DNA of 64,000 bases from Sphaerodactylus townsendi. Taxonomy: Eukaryota. The notes beneath the pieces are model-generated. The model ran no database searches, had not been told where the DNA came from, and saw only the letters and a list, made by a program, of their open reading frames with translations. Position 1 is the first letter of the stretch. The number at the start of each line of letters is the position of its first letter. Position numbers and translations under genes: made by a program. The stretch lies in NCBI RefSeq assembly GCF_021028975.2, contig NC_059427.1:101680001-101744000 (forward strand), read 5' to 3'. Shown in pieces: positions 1-12,864 of this stretch.

Positions 1-2112
1 GGGGAAGGGAAGGAAGGGAAGTTGAAGATGGCAGGAGGACTTAAAGTTAGGGTGGGGGTGGGGGGTAAGGAAAGAAAGAAGCAGGAAAAGGGGAGAGGTT
101 ATGGGGACAACTGGAGAAGGGAAAGAGGAAATGACAGAAGGGGAGAAGAGATGCCCAGACAAGTGCTAGAGTATTCCCTGTATCAAACTAATTTGTTACA
201 CACTTTTAAAATGTAGTATTCTTATATTTGCTTTGCATGTTTTACCAGAAGAAAAACCCTTGAAATACTGAAGGTTTCACAATTGGGAAATGTCATTAGC
301 GACTTCTAACAAAATATAACAAGAAGAGTATTTTTGCAAATTACCTAAGGAAATGTAGCTCATTGCACATCAACAAAACTGAATTTGCCACAGAGTGTTC
401 TCACATCCAAGAAATGTTTCCAATTCCAGGTCTTATCTATATGATATGATATCTGGAGGTACACCTAAAAATGTAATTGTGAAGAGGCCCAAATATCAGT
501 ACAGTATCTCACCTTATGAACATGGAACACATTATTGCACCTATAATTAATAAATTAAATTTAATATTCAGGGATGCTTTCAGATAAATAAGATAATTTT
601 CTTCTTTGCTCTTGATGAATTTCCTTGCAAACAAAACAATTAGGAAAGGAGTAGCTCATGCAAGAAAAAGACCCTGTTACCTGCACATCAAACCTAGTCA
701 GACAAGCAACAATGTATCTTTTCAAAAAAAGAAACCTGAAAATGTGGAAAACCTTTTGCTGATTATTCCTTTCTGAGATTCTCTTGGGACTGCTGATAAT
801 AAATAAATGACACTAACAGATTGCACGCTGTCACTTGGAAGCACTTTTTCTCCCTAGGAGAATTGATTTTTAATAACAGCGTAGATGACATGTGGCGAGG
901 GTTGTAGCTGACACCAGAGTTTTGTAGACCATAATAAATCAAATCAATCTGGAGGCTTCCAAATCCACAAAAATCTACAGAACTCAGAAAGAGAGACACT
1001 TGAATTCATGCTTCTGCTCATTTTTGCACAGGAGTTCAAGTGTTCCCATGTTATCTCAGACCAAAAGCCCACTCTCTTTTCTGACCAAGGAGACAGGAGC
1101 TTAATTTATTAAACTGTCATGTAGTTAACCTCACATTCTTACACAAAAATGAGGATAATTTTGACTTGCTTGCTTTAGCCCATGCACAGTTGCAGCTAAA
1201 ATGTACATACTCATTAACCAAAGACCTGAAATATTAAATTATTTCTGAGTTATACACTGCAAATTATATCTTACTTGTGACGCTTTCTAGCATATGCTTC
1301 TGCAAATAAGTGATTCTCAAAGGATTGATGGTTCAACATAGAATTGATATCCATGTAGCAATTCATTGTATTGAAAGTAGTTGTCTATGGCACAACAGAT
1401 CACCACATTGCATCAACGGCCACATCCTGCTGTTCGTAATGTTCTGATGACATCCATATTTCTTTATCTAAGTCTCCAGAAGCATCTGTAGTGGTTCTGA
1501 ACCAGTGTCTTGAGGCCATGGTTGAGGGTGAAGAAGCTGAAACTGAGAGCACATCTAGTCCCAGGGACATGCAGCCTGCTATGCACCCCTCTGCTCACTA
1601 ATGCCCTCAAGAGATTTTTCCTCTAAAATTCCAACTGCTGTTCTCTGCACTCTGAACTATTCTGTCAGATTATAAAAACAAAAATAGAGTGTGAAGGTTG
1701 TCTTTTCTTGATATTTCCCTGGTTTTCCCACCTTAGTAATAGCTTCTTCAGATCACATTGTAGGCAGAAATGAAAGGCCAACAAGCAGCTAAAGAACTGG
1801 CAGCTGTGATATTGAACAAAATTAAATAATAACAACAATTGTGATGATGATAAGGTATTGGCACATAATACACCAGATGTAACAGTGGTTGAAAAGAAGA
1901 TGTGTGGATTGTTGATGCAGCAATACCTATTGACAGCAGAGTTGAAGAAAAAGAACTGGAAATTATGACAAAACTAGCGGGGCCCAGCCACGTGTTGCTG
2001 TGGCTTATTGTGGTGAAATGGGAAAGGAACAGTAGCAGCAAATCAATTGCAGAAGCCAGCAGTACGTGCTCATGCAAACACTCAGCCTGATACTGTGCAA
2101 TGTCATTGATGT

Positions 2113-2933
2113 GTGTGCCCGCATTCCTTGTGGGGGGGAATGGAAAGGCACCCCTCCCACACATCTAGGCTGGCTGGTCATGATCCTTTACCTGGGAGTA
2201 AGTTTGGTTGGTGGCAATGGGTGTCGCTTCTGAGGAAACCCTCTGAGGGGCGCGACGCAGCCATTCAAAGTATGTCACTGTTGCTGTACCGAGCTCACTC
2301 CTGAGTAATGCATGCCGGGTTTTCTTAACTGTAACCGCAGTATTCAGGGAATCTAGGGTGCCTGGCCCCTCCCTCCCGTCCCTTGAATGTCGTCCCTCCC
2401 TCCCTTCCCTTTCCCTCCACTAGGGTGGGTGGGTCATATCAAGATGCTGGGCCCCCTGCCTCCCCTGCCTTGCATGCCACCCCTCACTGTCTCCCCTCTC
2501 TCCTCTTCCCTTGCATGCCTCCCCCTCTGTCCCTTTCCTCTCCCTCCCTCTCTTCCCTTGCATGCCACCCCTCCCTCTCCCTCCCTTCCCTCTACCTCAT
2601 GTGTATGTGTGTGTATATGTTTCACTTCCACTCAAGTTACTGCCTATGTACTGTTTTCACTGCTCATATCTGGCCATCTGAGCGAACATTCTAAGCTGCA
2701 CGAACATTCTAAGGGTGACAGTTACACACAGGCAGCTGCATGTCCTTCACCATGGAGCACCAGGAAAAAGGCATTTTACCTGGGCCAGGTGTGAAATTTC
2801 ATGTATGTGAACATCTGAAAACACTCTCACCTGGCTGACTATAGTTGCTGGGAATTTTCAGAGGAATTGGCCCAGCAGTTACTGAGTTATACTACCTCTA
2901 ACAAATACACGGTTAGCTTTTTATATATATAGA
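2113..2933 (-). mobile_element. Putative non-autonomous Helitron-like element
   Basis: The minus strand starts A^TCTATATATATAAAAAG, a Helitron-like TC start after A. There is a GC hairpin (cccgca..tgtggg) near 2118-2134 at the other end, but no clean CTRR terminus. The pyrimidine-rich core resembles 53640-53800. Confidence 0.35.
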
Positions 2934-4079
2934 TACCAAGCTCTGAGAATGAAAGTCAAGAGGTTACTAGTAGTTACCAGCACAAACCAGCCGTTTTCTT
3001 CGATTCCCTCCACAGCTGCAGGTCTGAGGGTGGGGAAGTCTGGGGGAGTGGGGTTTGGGGTTGACGTTGATAGGGTTTTGTTATTTCTTTTAATTGTCAT
3101 AGTTTAATGTTTTATTGTGATCTTTGATTGTTTTGTGATCTTTTATCATTATCTTTTATTGTGTTTACTACCTAGAGACTTGGTATAAAGTAAGGTATAA
3201 ATATTTCAAGTGAAAAATAAAATAAGCTGTGGTCCCAGTGATTATTGGCACAATGGGTCAATCTTTTCCAGTTATTTTTTTTAACCCTGCTGTCACCAGG
3301 TATTGCTTCATCAATAATCCAAAAAACCTTGGACGGCAATTAAACCAAAAAATCTTAGGCAGCACTTAAACCATCTACATATTGATAAAATCTTCATCTA
3401 TTAAGTACAAAGGCCATATTGCTTGGATCTGCACATCTACTGTGCTAATATACTGTGACACACTAGATTCCTGGGAAGAACCTGATATATATGAAGGCCA
3501 ACAACGGCTGAAAATCTGATGGCTGTGATTTCATTAAAATAATCATAATAGGAATAATAATAATACATTGGAGATTAAGTTTCCCCAAATAATTAATGCA
3601 GAGACTGTTTTTAAGAAATGGATGCCTTCAGAGATCTCATTTGCCATTCTCAGAGTTGCTAGGCAACCACAACAATATCGCCTGTCTTCAAACCCTGGTT
3701 TCTGTCAGTAAAAGGATGGAGGACAGCTTTTTCCAGGGCTATTTTAGTCTCCCAGTGTATCCCTGTTCCCCTTCCTCCTCCCTGAGGAGCAACCCCCAGG
3801 TGACTTCCTATCATGTAATTTGCATGATATACCTAGGTGCAGTGGTGACTACCAGACAAATTGGACATGTGCTCAATTTGCACAATTCATTTGGACCCAA
3901 CATTGACTACCACACAACGTACTTGATCAACATGCTAAAGCATCACTTTTCAACTTAGTTAGACTTTGTTTCCTGGGGAGAGGCTACGGGGAGGGGGAGG
4001 AGGTAAGGAAGTAGCAAAAGGGGAGAAGGTATGAGGAGCCCCAGGAGAAGAGAAGGAAAAACATAGTATAGAGAAGGGG

Positions 4080-4179
4080 ATAAGGGAAATGAAGTGACTT
4101 CCCAAAGTCCTTACAAGTTTCCCATTTTCCCATAAGGGAAATGAAGTGACTCCCCCAAGTCCTTACAAGTTTCCCATTT
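4080..4179 (+). repeat. Tandem duplication, ~52-bp unit (ataagggaaatgaagtgact...ccttacaagtttcccattt) x2
   Basis: Direct repeat read from the sequence, with 2 mismatches. Confidence 0.9.
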
Positions 4180-4395
4180 GTTAGCACCTATTTTCCTTTC
4201 TGTCCTCGTCAAAAAGAGGAACCAATGAACACATATCCCCAAACCATTTTACTCATGAATTATGAAGCTGCTAAAATATACTGTTTTCTAAATGATGTAT
4301 CCAGTGGGTCCTATAGAGTGGTTTTTACAATCTGTGTATTTTAACATTGCTTTTGGTAATGCCATTTTCTAATGTGTTATTTCCTCTTCTCTTAG

Positions 4396-4467
4396 GACTC
4401 TTCATGGCAATGATATTTCCAGTGTCCTGGAAGGGTCCTTTAATGATCTTGTATCACTTTCCCATCT
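4396..4467 (+). CDS. SLIT3: SLIT3 internal exon (72 nt), last LRR of LRR domain 4: (L)[23 protein letters not shown](L)
   Basis: Acceptor cttctcttAG and donor GTAAGT. The 72-nt, 24-codon phase 2-2 size is typical of SLIT LRR exons. The translation matches SLIT LRR4 and joins in frame to the exon at 15934. Confidence 0.93.
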
Positions 4468-5601
4468 GTAAGTATTGTTCTTTTGAATGACACGTTACAA
4501 ATTATTTTACACATTTTAAAACAGGGCTGTATGGATGATCTTCTGAAACATCAATCAATGCCTGGAGCCGAATTAAATGTGACAAAGATTATAAACCTGA
4601 ACAGAAATTTCCGAACTTTCATATCAGATTTAAATGCCAGAGTATCAATGATCCAGCTGGATGTTTATTTTCAATAAATCATGAAAAAGACCAGCTGGAT
4701 TTTTGATGATGCCTGATTGCATGAATGGATGTGCAAGTAATTAGTTATATTGGATTGTCTGCAGCGTGGATTGTTAAAATTATAGATTACTATCTCCCCA
4801 ACTGCAGTTACTAAATGTACTTTTTTACCCTCATGATAGGACTTACTTGGTACAAATTCCACCTTTTAAGAAAGGATGTTTGATGATGAAAATTTGTAGC
4901 ACAGAACAGAGAACCAGAGAATCAGGAAAGATCATTGCTAAGTTTAGGTTCCTTGTTAGGATATAATTTTTTCTTTTTCATTTTGTTTTAAAAACATACT
5001 GGTTTTCATTACTGAAGCCATTTATTTCATCCCTCCCTCGTTCTCTGCAACTTACTGTGCTGCGTGGGCCTGGAACTGGGACTACAACTGCTGTAGGCCA
5101 AGCCAAATCCATCCAGGCAGAGAGTTAACAGGACAAGATGAATGAGCAGGAAGAAAATCTTTTCCTGCTTCCCCTCGGTCTTTCTGATGAGACACCTTGG
5201 AAAATATAGTTATCTTTATTAATGGCCGGTACCTGAGAAATACGTTTTTCATGGTGCTCTCAAATGCCACATTCAAAAACACCAAGGGTGGAGCATCAAG
5301 GGAAGCAGCAGGAGAGGGATGCTCTTCCTGCTTTCCCTTGCTGACCTTACTGTATCTGACCTTAGCTGTCACCTGGGCAGCTATGGTGCTGGTTCTATCA
5401 CAGGTTCTGACATGTTGTGGGGCAAGGGTGAGCTGGGTTCAAATCTTCACCCAGCCTTTAACGTTACTGGCTGATTTTGGGCTGTCATTGTCTGTCAACT
5501 CAGGCTTTGCTAAATGGAATGCTGAAACGCACCATGTATATTTCAGGGTGTGATTTGATAGAACAAGAATCCTGTTAAAACAAATTGTTGTTGATAGAAC
5601 A

Positions 5602-5899
5602 AGCAGCAGTGGCATAGGAGGTTAAGAGCTCGTGTATCTAATCTGGAGGAACCGGGTTTGATTCTCCGCTCTGCCGCCTGAGCTGTGGAGGCTTATCTGG
5701 GGAATTCAGATTAGCCTGTGCACTCCCACACATGCCAGCTGGGTGACCTTGGTCTAGTCACAGCTTCTCGGAGCTCTCTCAGCCCCACCTACCTCACAGG
5801 GTGTTTGTAGTGAGGGGGGAAGGGCAAGGAGATTGTAAGCCCCTTTGAGTCTCCTGCAGGAGAGAAAGGGGGGATATAAATCCAAACTCTTCTTCTTCT
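5602..5899 (+). mobile_element. tRNA-derived SINE, Squam3-type, full length with (ctt)n tail
   Basis: A-box-like tggcataggagg and B-box-like ggtttgattc. Core gctgggtgaccttgg..tagtca, followed by ctctctcagccccacctacctcacaggg and a CTT tail. Confidence 0.85.
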
Positions 5900-6576
5900 G
5901 CTGCTTCTATTCAAAGAAAACATTGTACCCAGGTTTTAGCCATATCAGGGGAAAAAATTAAAAACAGAATTCTTGATTCTAGTCTTGTTGAACATGATGT
6001 TTGTGTGATATTTAGAATATATTTTAATTCAAGAAACATTTGAACCATTGGAATAAATATGAAACACTTGATAACTGGTTAGGTAGCATTTGCCCTTTTT
6101 TAGGGCAGTTTAGTGAATGATTGAAGAAAAATGCTGTTGAGAAGTGTTGCTTACCATTCACATAATAGTTGAAGAGAGAAAAATAAAAAGACATGGGGAA
6201 GCAGCAGTCTGAGAGTCCACCACTCTTCAGTACCCTATAGCAATTCCATAGGGGGAAAAGTAAGGATCTCTCTGCAAGGCCCAGTGAATACACCAGAGTT
6301 CCAAACAACAGGAAGTGACATCTTGCTGATGTCCATGTAAGTGGGGAGAAAATGATATGTCTGCACCAGTCAGTTACTAAGAGATAAAAAATAAGGCTAA
6401 TGGTTCAGAAAAAAAACTTGTTATCTTTTTGAAGAAACACAAGACTAACAGATTTCCTGAAGAAGCATATTGGCGAAATGCATTGGTTATACTGGGAATT
6501 TTAACAGAGTAATAAAATGTATTTTTACTTAATCTTGTTCCATTGTTCCAATGGAACAAGTTCCTTGGCCTTATTT

Positions 6577-7500
6577 TTTATCTCTGTGTAAGTAGCACAC
6601 ATGGGTGCAGTTGACCACCACCTCCCAGTGCAGCCATGACTCCCTGACATTATGCTGCCCTTCCCACTGGCAAAGCACCAGAAGACAGGAAAGACTCACC
6701 AACGTTGAGCCCTTAGAGAAGCTCACAATATGTACAGCAGGAGTCCTGGCATCAGTGCACTCCAGGACACTCCAGAGAAACACGTTTGAATTCCAGCCCA
6801 TTTTTGGAGTTCCTGTTTGGCAGGCAGGGGGACTGCAGTAATCAGGGAAGCAGAATAGCAGTACACAGCGGCACCTCCAGCAATGGTTTCTCCATCCACT
6901 GGAAGAACACACATGTGTCAGACAAAAAGCTTGGATCCAAGACCGGAGTAAGAGAGACAGCAGCCAAAAGGCTTATTGCCTGACTGTTAGCTGATAGGAG
7001 CAAAATACAAGTCAAAGGCCAGGTTCAAACCTCTGTCTCCTGCAGCCAAGGACCAGCATCCAGGCACATGCAGAGTATGAATAGCATATGACATTAGGCA
7101 TTCTACTGCAGTCCTGATATCACCACCAGTCATATGGAACCATGTAGGAAACAATGCCAAGATAGTCACAGGCCAGTTCACTTCAATAGCATATGTTGGA
7201 CCCCTGGTTTGATCCCTTCACAGGGAGAGCACAAAGGCAGCTCGCCATTCACAACTGAAGCTTTGCCCCATATACAACCTCAAAAGGGGGAGGACAGCCG
7301 TGTAGATGGGTCCCCCCAGATGGCCATCATTTTGGCACACACTCTTCACATTGTCTCTCCCCCGCATTTAAATGCTCCATCACTGCCATAATCTTTTGTG
7401 CCCCCATTACCCCTTCTGTGCCAATCATATTCCCCCCAACAAGCTGCATGACTTACCAGATGCCAGCAGTATTGTGGGGGAGTGAGACCCAGATGCCTAT
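6577..7500 (-). mobile_element. Possible highly degraded Gypsy-type integrase/chromodomain remnant
   Basis: Minus-strand peptide fragments PSTRLS/PFEVVYG (~7265-7310) and QWEGQHNVRESW (~6630-6670) resemble the integrase SPFExVYG and chromodomain WxG....SW motifs. Motif spacing is not well preserved. Confidence 0.3.
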
Positions 7501-10500
7501 CATCTTCTCCCTTGCAGGAACATTCACGCCCCCTTAGATCATCTGTCTGTCCCCATAGCCTGTGGGAGTTGCACATATCACCTGAAGGACATTGGGACTG
7601 AGAGTAAGCCTAATCTCCCAACTATCTGCAGCATTACAGCTGCCACTCAAATTTTATTAAACAGCAGCATCGGAAACATTGACATGAAGTCCAATGAATT
7701 GGTTGCCATCACCAATCTATCCAGTATCTTTAGAGACGAAGTACCTATAAGGGTTCTGATCAAAGATGGCTTAGTAACATTGGAATGTTCTCTCCTTTGA
7801 GTGTTAGTGCTAAGCTCCCTCTCTGTGTATTTCTCACTGCCAAAGTGCAACACTGCATGGTTGTAGTGTGCTCAGTAGGTTCCTAAGTGACAGAACATCA
7901 TCTGTGCACCCTATCATCTGAGCTATGCGTGTCCTGGTTTATGCAGAATTGGGGGGATGACTGGGTGTGGGGGGGACTGTCCAGCCACTGAGGAGAGGTA
8001 TGATTGTCTGTGACTGTAGTCAGTATCCTGTGCCACACTGGAGATTGTGGGTGAATCTGAAATTATCAGGCAAGGGATTGGGGGAGCTTGGACTTTCCCT
8101 TTGTTGTGGACACCTATGGACCATGCCGTGGGTTTTGCTGGCATAACTTTAGGATAACCCTAGGATTTGCCAACAATAAACTTTCCCTTTGAAATGCTGG
8201 GATATGTTGGCTCCCTTAACACTTTTGGTTCCTGATTCACTGCTGTGTTGTATGATGAAGTTTCAAAACTAATTGGCGTATTTAAGTCATCAGGGACCAG
8301 AGTTACTCACCTAAGAGGCTTTGAAGACCTCCAATGAATAAGTTTTCTGGTCAGGCGAATGTCCTTATATCATAGGAAAAACTCAAACTGTTCCAAAATT
8401 TCTGGACTAAATAAATTATTATCAGATCCACACATGGGCATAGCTACAAAACATGGCATCCAGGGCAACCACTGAAATTGCACCCCACCCCCCACCCCCC
8501 GAATCCACTTCCCTACCATGGCATGCAGGAAAGAGAGAGAGAGAGTAATGAAGGAAGAGAGAACAAGAGAAAAAAGAAACCCCCTGAAGGTCCAGAGACT
8601 CAGATTCTCAGAGGAAAGAGGTCTATTTTCAATTCAGGATTCCCAAATAGAAATAGAGGCTGATCAGCCTGGCCTGCAAATAAGACTTTGTTCTAGACAC
8701 AGAAGATGTGGGCAAGAGGAACCCCAGCCAGTCCCTTTGAACTCTCTGGGACTCCTTCCCAGCTGAGAAATGCCAAAGCCTGGTTTATTTAATGATCCAA
8801 ACTCCCACTGGCTTTATTTTTATCACTGCAGGGGAGGCAAGAAAAGGGCTGGAGGCCAAAGAATGGAGTTGTGTGCCTGTCATGACCTTGGTGCTCTGTA
8901 GCGCCCTGGCGAGGTGGCCTGCATGTCACAGGGCCCCACTAGCTTCCCCAGTAGCTTCCCTCAGGTGGCCTAGCAGACACAGGTCCTGACTGCTCCCTCT
9001 CTGAAAGAGGATTGGAGATATGGGAGGGGGAGATCTACAGGAGGAATCTGTGGGTTTTGCCAGGCTAGAGAAAGGGGGGCCTGCCTAGGCATGAAAAAAC
9101 CACGTCCCCTGCAGGAAGCTTGGCCTCTCACTGTCTCTCTTTTTCGGGCTGGCCCTCCTTCCTTCCCTGTCCCCCTTTCCAAAACCACCTGAACTCTACT
9201 ACCCTAGTGCAGCTTGCACAAGCATCAGGTGCATGTGCAAAGGGAGGAGGACCAAGTTAAGGAAGTGGCATGAGAGAGGAGGCCACCCACCATGAGAGAT
9301 GCCCCTGGCCTGACCCAGCCCATCCAACCTGGGTACTTCACTGTGGCCAGGCAGGTGAGCCAGCGAATGGGACCAGTCAGCTGGCCGGGCCCACAAAGCC
9401 CCTCCCTCATTAGCATAGGCCTCCCCTGAGCTAACCGCTGCCCACAAAGAGGCAGCACACCAGTCACTTGGAACTGCTCCACCGCTTCCACCTTCCAGTC
9501 TGGGACAGGCTTTGGTGTAGTGACAGTGTCCCAACTCCTCACCTTGGGGGGGGGGCAGACTGTCAAGTGCGCCCCCCATGTGACCCATCCCCCTCACAAT
9601 GGCTGTGGATCCACATGATCACTACAAGCCACTAATGATTTCCTCCAGGATCTGTTCCTTAGAATAGAATGAAACCTCTTCCAGTGAGGAACTGAAACAA
9701 ATAACCTTTGGAGTAGAATTTTTTATGTAGTTTTCAAATGCTCTCTGAAGCCTCAACACTGAATTAGCTTCTTGACCTTCATTAAGCCTCCACTTCAGAT
9801 GATGAGTGTAAAACTAGAATGTCTCAATCTGGAATAATATATTCTGGGTCAGTTAATTGGCTTGGCTTTGAGTGGCAATAACACCTTTTATTTTCAGAGA
9901 AAATTGTCATACAAGGACTCAGATCATATAAACATGTCGTGCACCATTTGTGCAGGGGTCTTTTTTTAGAAATCAAACTAAGTGCAGGTTGTTGTTTTTT
10001 CTAATTGTGATGGGTAATCATTATTGTCTTTTAGTCACACAGAAACACCGGAATTCGGGTCAGAGAGCTACGCAACTCAAAATGAAAAGCACTCACAATA
10101 CGAATGAATTTATTGTTTTAAATTACCTGATCTCAAAAAATCAGATCAACTAGCAATATATTAACAATATATTAAAATCATATAATTTAATTGACTATAG
10201 TGCATAGGGAAACCTTCATCCCCAAGCTGTTTTTCCCAACCTCATATGTCACTAAGGAGCTCTTCTTTGTCCTATTGGGGAATCTTAGCATGTAGCTGTG
10301 AGACAAATAATGGCTCCTTAGCATTATTTCAGCTCTAAACTTTCCCTCCACATGTAATCATTATCTGAATCAGGCCCATGCATTAATAGGAAGCATATAA
10401 CTCCCATAGCATAACTGCTGACCTAACACAGGAACATATCCATAAATTGGTATCAGCATGAAGGAAAGCTGTGAGCAAAAATGAACTATACGAGCTGAGT

Positions 10501-10787
10501 GAAAAAAATAGATAATTTCTATAGAATGCAAAGTAGATAGAAGGTATGTTATGGCAGACCAAATGCAATAATGGCAAGAAGTGTTGTAGCAAGAAGTAAC
10601 ATTTTTCTAATAGTAGTATGGATCCAACCCAATGGTGAAGCTCCCACGGGGACATCTGGGGACAAATACCCTGGGCACTCCCCGTGGGAGTCACGTGGGG
10701 GCACAAAATCACCTGATCGCACCCCGCCCCCTTCCTTCTCCCCAATCGCACCCCCTTGTCGTCATCCTCCTTCTCCTTGCCTGGTGT

Positions 10788-10822
<35 letters not shown>
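10788..10822. repeat. (CT)n microsatellite
   Basis: Direct read. Confidence 0.95.
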
Positions 10823-10826
<4 letters not shown>

Positions 10827-10862
10827 CTATATATTAAAAAACTCACTCAGCTTTGTATTTGT

Positions 10863-11144
10863 GGCCCTTTTCGCATGGGCCTTTTACAGTGCCCTGGGGA
10901 CGGCAAAAACGCCATCCCGAGGGAGCTATTTGCAAGGGGGAGCGGTCTCACAGGGGGTCCGGAGCGGTCGCGCAGGGCAGGGGGCGTGTCCCCTGGCCTC
11001 AGCGACACGCCGAATGGTTGCAGGGATGGTAAATCGATCGGGCGCTGCTGTCTGCCCGGTCGTTACCGGGACCGTTCGTGTGAACTGTCCCGGGGAGGTT
11101 GGGTCAGCGTACATGACCCCCAGCATGGCCGTGTGGAAGCGGCC
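10863..11144. mobile_element. CpG-rich non-autonomous DNA transposon (Harbinger-like termini)
   Basis: Imperfect terminal inverted repeats ggcccttttcgcatgggcc ... ggccgtgtggaagcggcc. CpG density is far above the flanks. Confidence 0.55.
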
Positions 11145-12095
11145 TATGTCTCCACAATCAGCAAATCTTTCAAATTATGGTGAGTTCCAAGTTCATTTTA
11201 CACAGTTTCTCAGCATCTTCAGGGCATCTGAAAATCACTATTTTGTAATTTGCCCTCATCCTTTTCTGCCCCTCCAAAAGGATATTTCCTCCAAACTGTC
11301 CCCCAGCACCCTCAGAGCCTGCATGCAAATGAGCCTTCTGCTCATTGGCTCCTACTTTCAGTTTTGCCTCATGAAGGGGGCGAGAGAAAACTGATGAAAG
11401 GGCTGGGATGAAGCCAGCAGGGACAGTAGAGAGGAGATCATGCATGCCCTTCTGAAAGTTGCACTGGTAAGTTTTAAAAGAAAAGACTTTCTGCTTTGAG
11501 TTTTACAGAGGCTTCACAAGGGGGCTAATCAAAACAAAAGCTATTGAGTGGCTTTTACCTGTTATCTTCCAACATAAGCACAGTATGATATCTGTGAATT
11601 GCATTTGCACGAGCTGTTTAATGCATTGAATATGAAAATAATCCCTTTATAGGTAATGGTTTAGCACTATAAAACTTCATTATGCAAACAGGCAGCATGA
11701 ATTTTGGAGATTCAGAATCTGGAGAGTTTACAAAATAATCTCATAAATGCTAGAATGCATCCAGCCATGAAACTTGAACAACTGAACCTGCAAAGTTTTA
11801 ATTAGTAGTTTTTTTTAATATTATGCATAAGCCATATAGTTTTAAAAATTATGCATGTACATGTAAGTGTTGCATACTTGATTTCACTTGAAAAAGATCG
11901 ATCTTTAAACCTTCCAGTCTTCCCCCTTGCTGTTTTAGTTGCTTGTGGCTATTTTGTTTTTGGTATAGCTTTTGGCATATACTGTAATTTAAAATGCAGT
12001 GTCTCTCAAAGTAAGTGCATAATGTGGTTTTTCGCTATAGATAGTGAAATGAATTTCAGATATTTAATAGTTAGCTAAAGAGTTCAAGTCATATT

Positions 12096-12298
12096 GTTCC
12101 AACCTCCAGGTGGTGGCTGGAGATCTCCTGGAATTACAAATGATTTCCAGGTACAGAGATCAGTTCACCAGGAGAAAATGGCAACTTTGTATGGTAGATT
12201 CTGCATTTCACTGCACTGTCCTCTCTCTGAACACCCCTTCCACAGGTTTCACCTTGAAAATCTCCAGGTATTTCCCTGTCTGGAGCAGGCAACCCTAG
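12096..12298 (+). mobile_element. Short non-autonomous DNA element (TAGGGTTGCC/GGCAACCCTA-type termini)
   Basis: Homologous to 42811-42969 and 38333-38452 (ggagatctcctg, gatcagtt, aaatgg, ctggcaacccta). Confidence 0.65.
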
Positions 12299-12689
12299 TT
12301 CTGAACAACGTTAGATAATAGCTATATCTTCAATGTTTGTGATGTCTAAATTGTAAACAAAGGAGCCTAGAAGAAAGAGCAGGGGACACAAACACATAGC
12401 TGTTCATAATTTCTCTGCATCTGGGATTGTAGAAAGTGATGTGTTGGAATGCTGGGAGTAAACTCGTCACAGTAAACTCCATGAAGTTCAACAAAAAGGC
12501 ATAGAGGCCAAAGTCTGATGTTGCCTCTTGGCACTGGTATTCAGAGGTTTACTGCCTGTGAACGTGGAAGTTCTGCACAGTTTCAGCACTCAAGACAGAT
12601 TTTTCAAGAGCAAGTCAAGAAAGTAGATTCTGAGTTTGTGCCCAAGCAGCCCACAGCAGCTTTTTTTTTTTTTTTGGGGCTGTCGCCAA

Positions 12690-12864
12690 TTGATTGTTTT
12701 AAATTACAGATGGAACTACTGTTTTATATTTTATTGTATGTTTTAATTATGATGTAAACCGCCCTGAGCCTACTGGGGAGGGCGGTCTAAAAATATAATT
12801 CATACATACATACATACATACATACATACATACATACATACATACATACATACATACATACATA
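12690..12864 (+). mobile_element. L2-type 3' tail followed by (CATA)n microsatellite (12801-12864)
   Basis: Tail motif tgtaaaccgccctgagcc...gagggcggt is shared with 17091-17150, 19617-19695 and ~30095-30140. Confidence 0.7.

Noticed and set aside
10632-11394. Long ORFs of 183 and 212 aa
   Set aside because: They run through a (CT)n microsatellite and a GC-rich transposon and show no recognisable domain.
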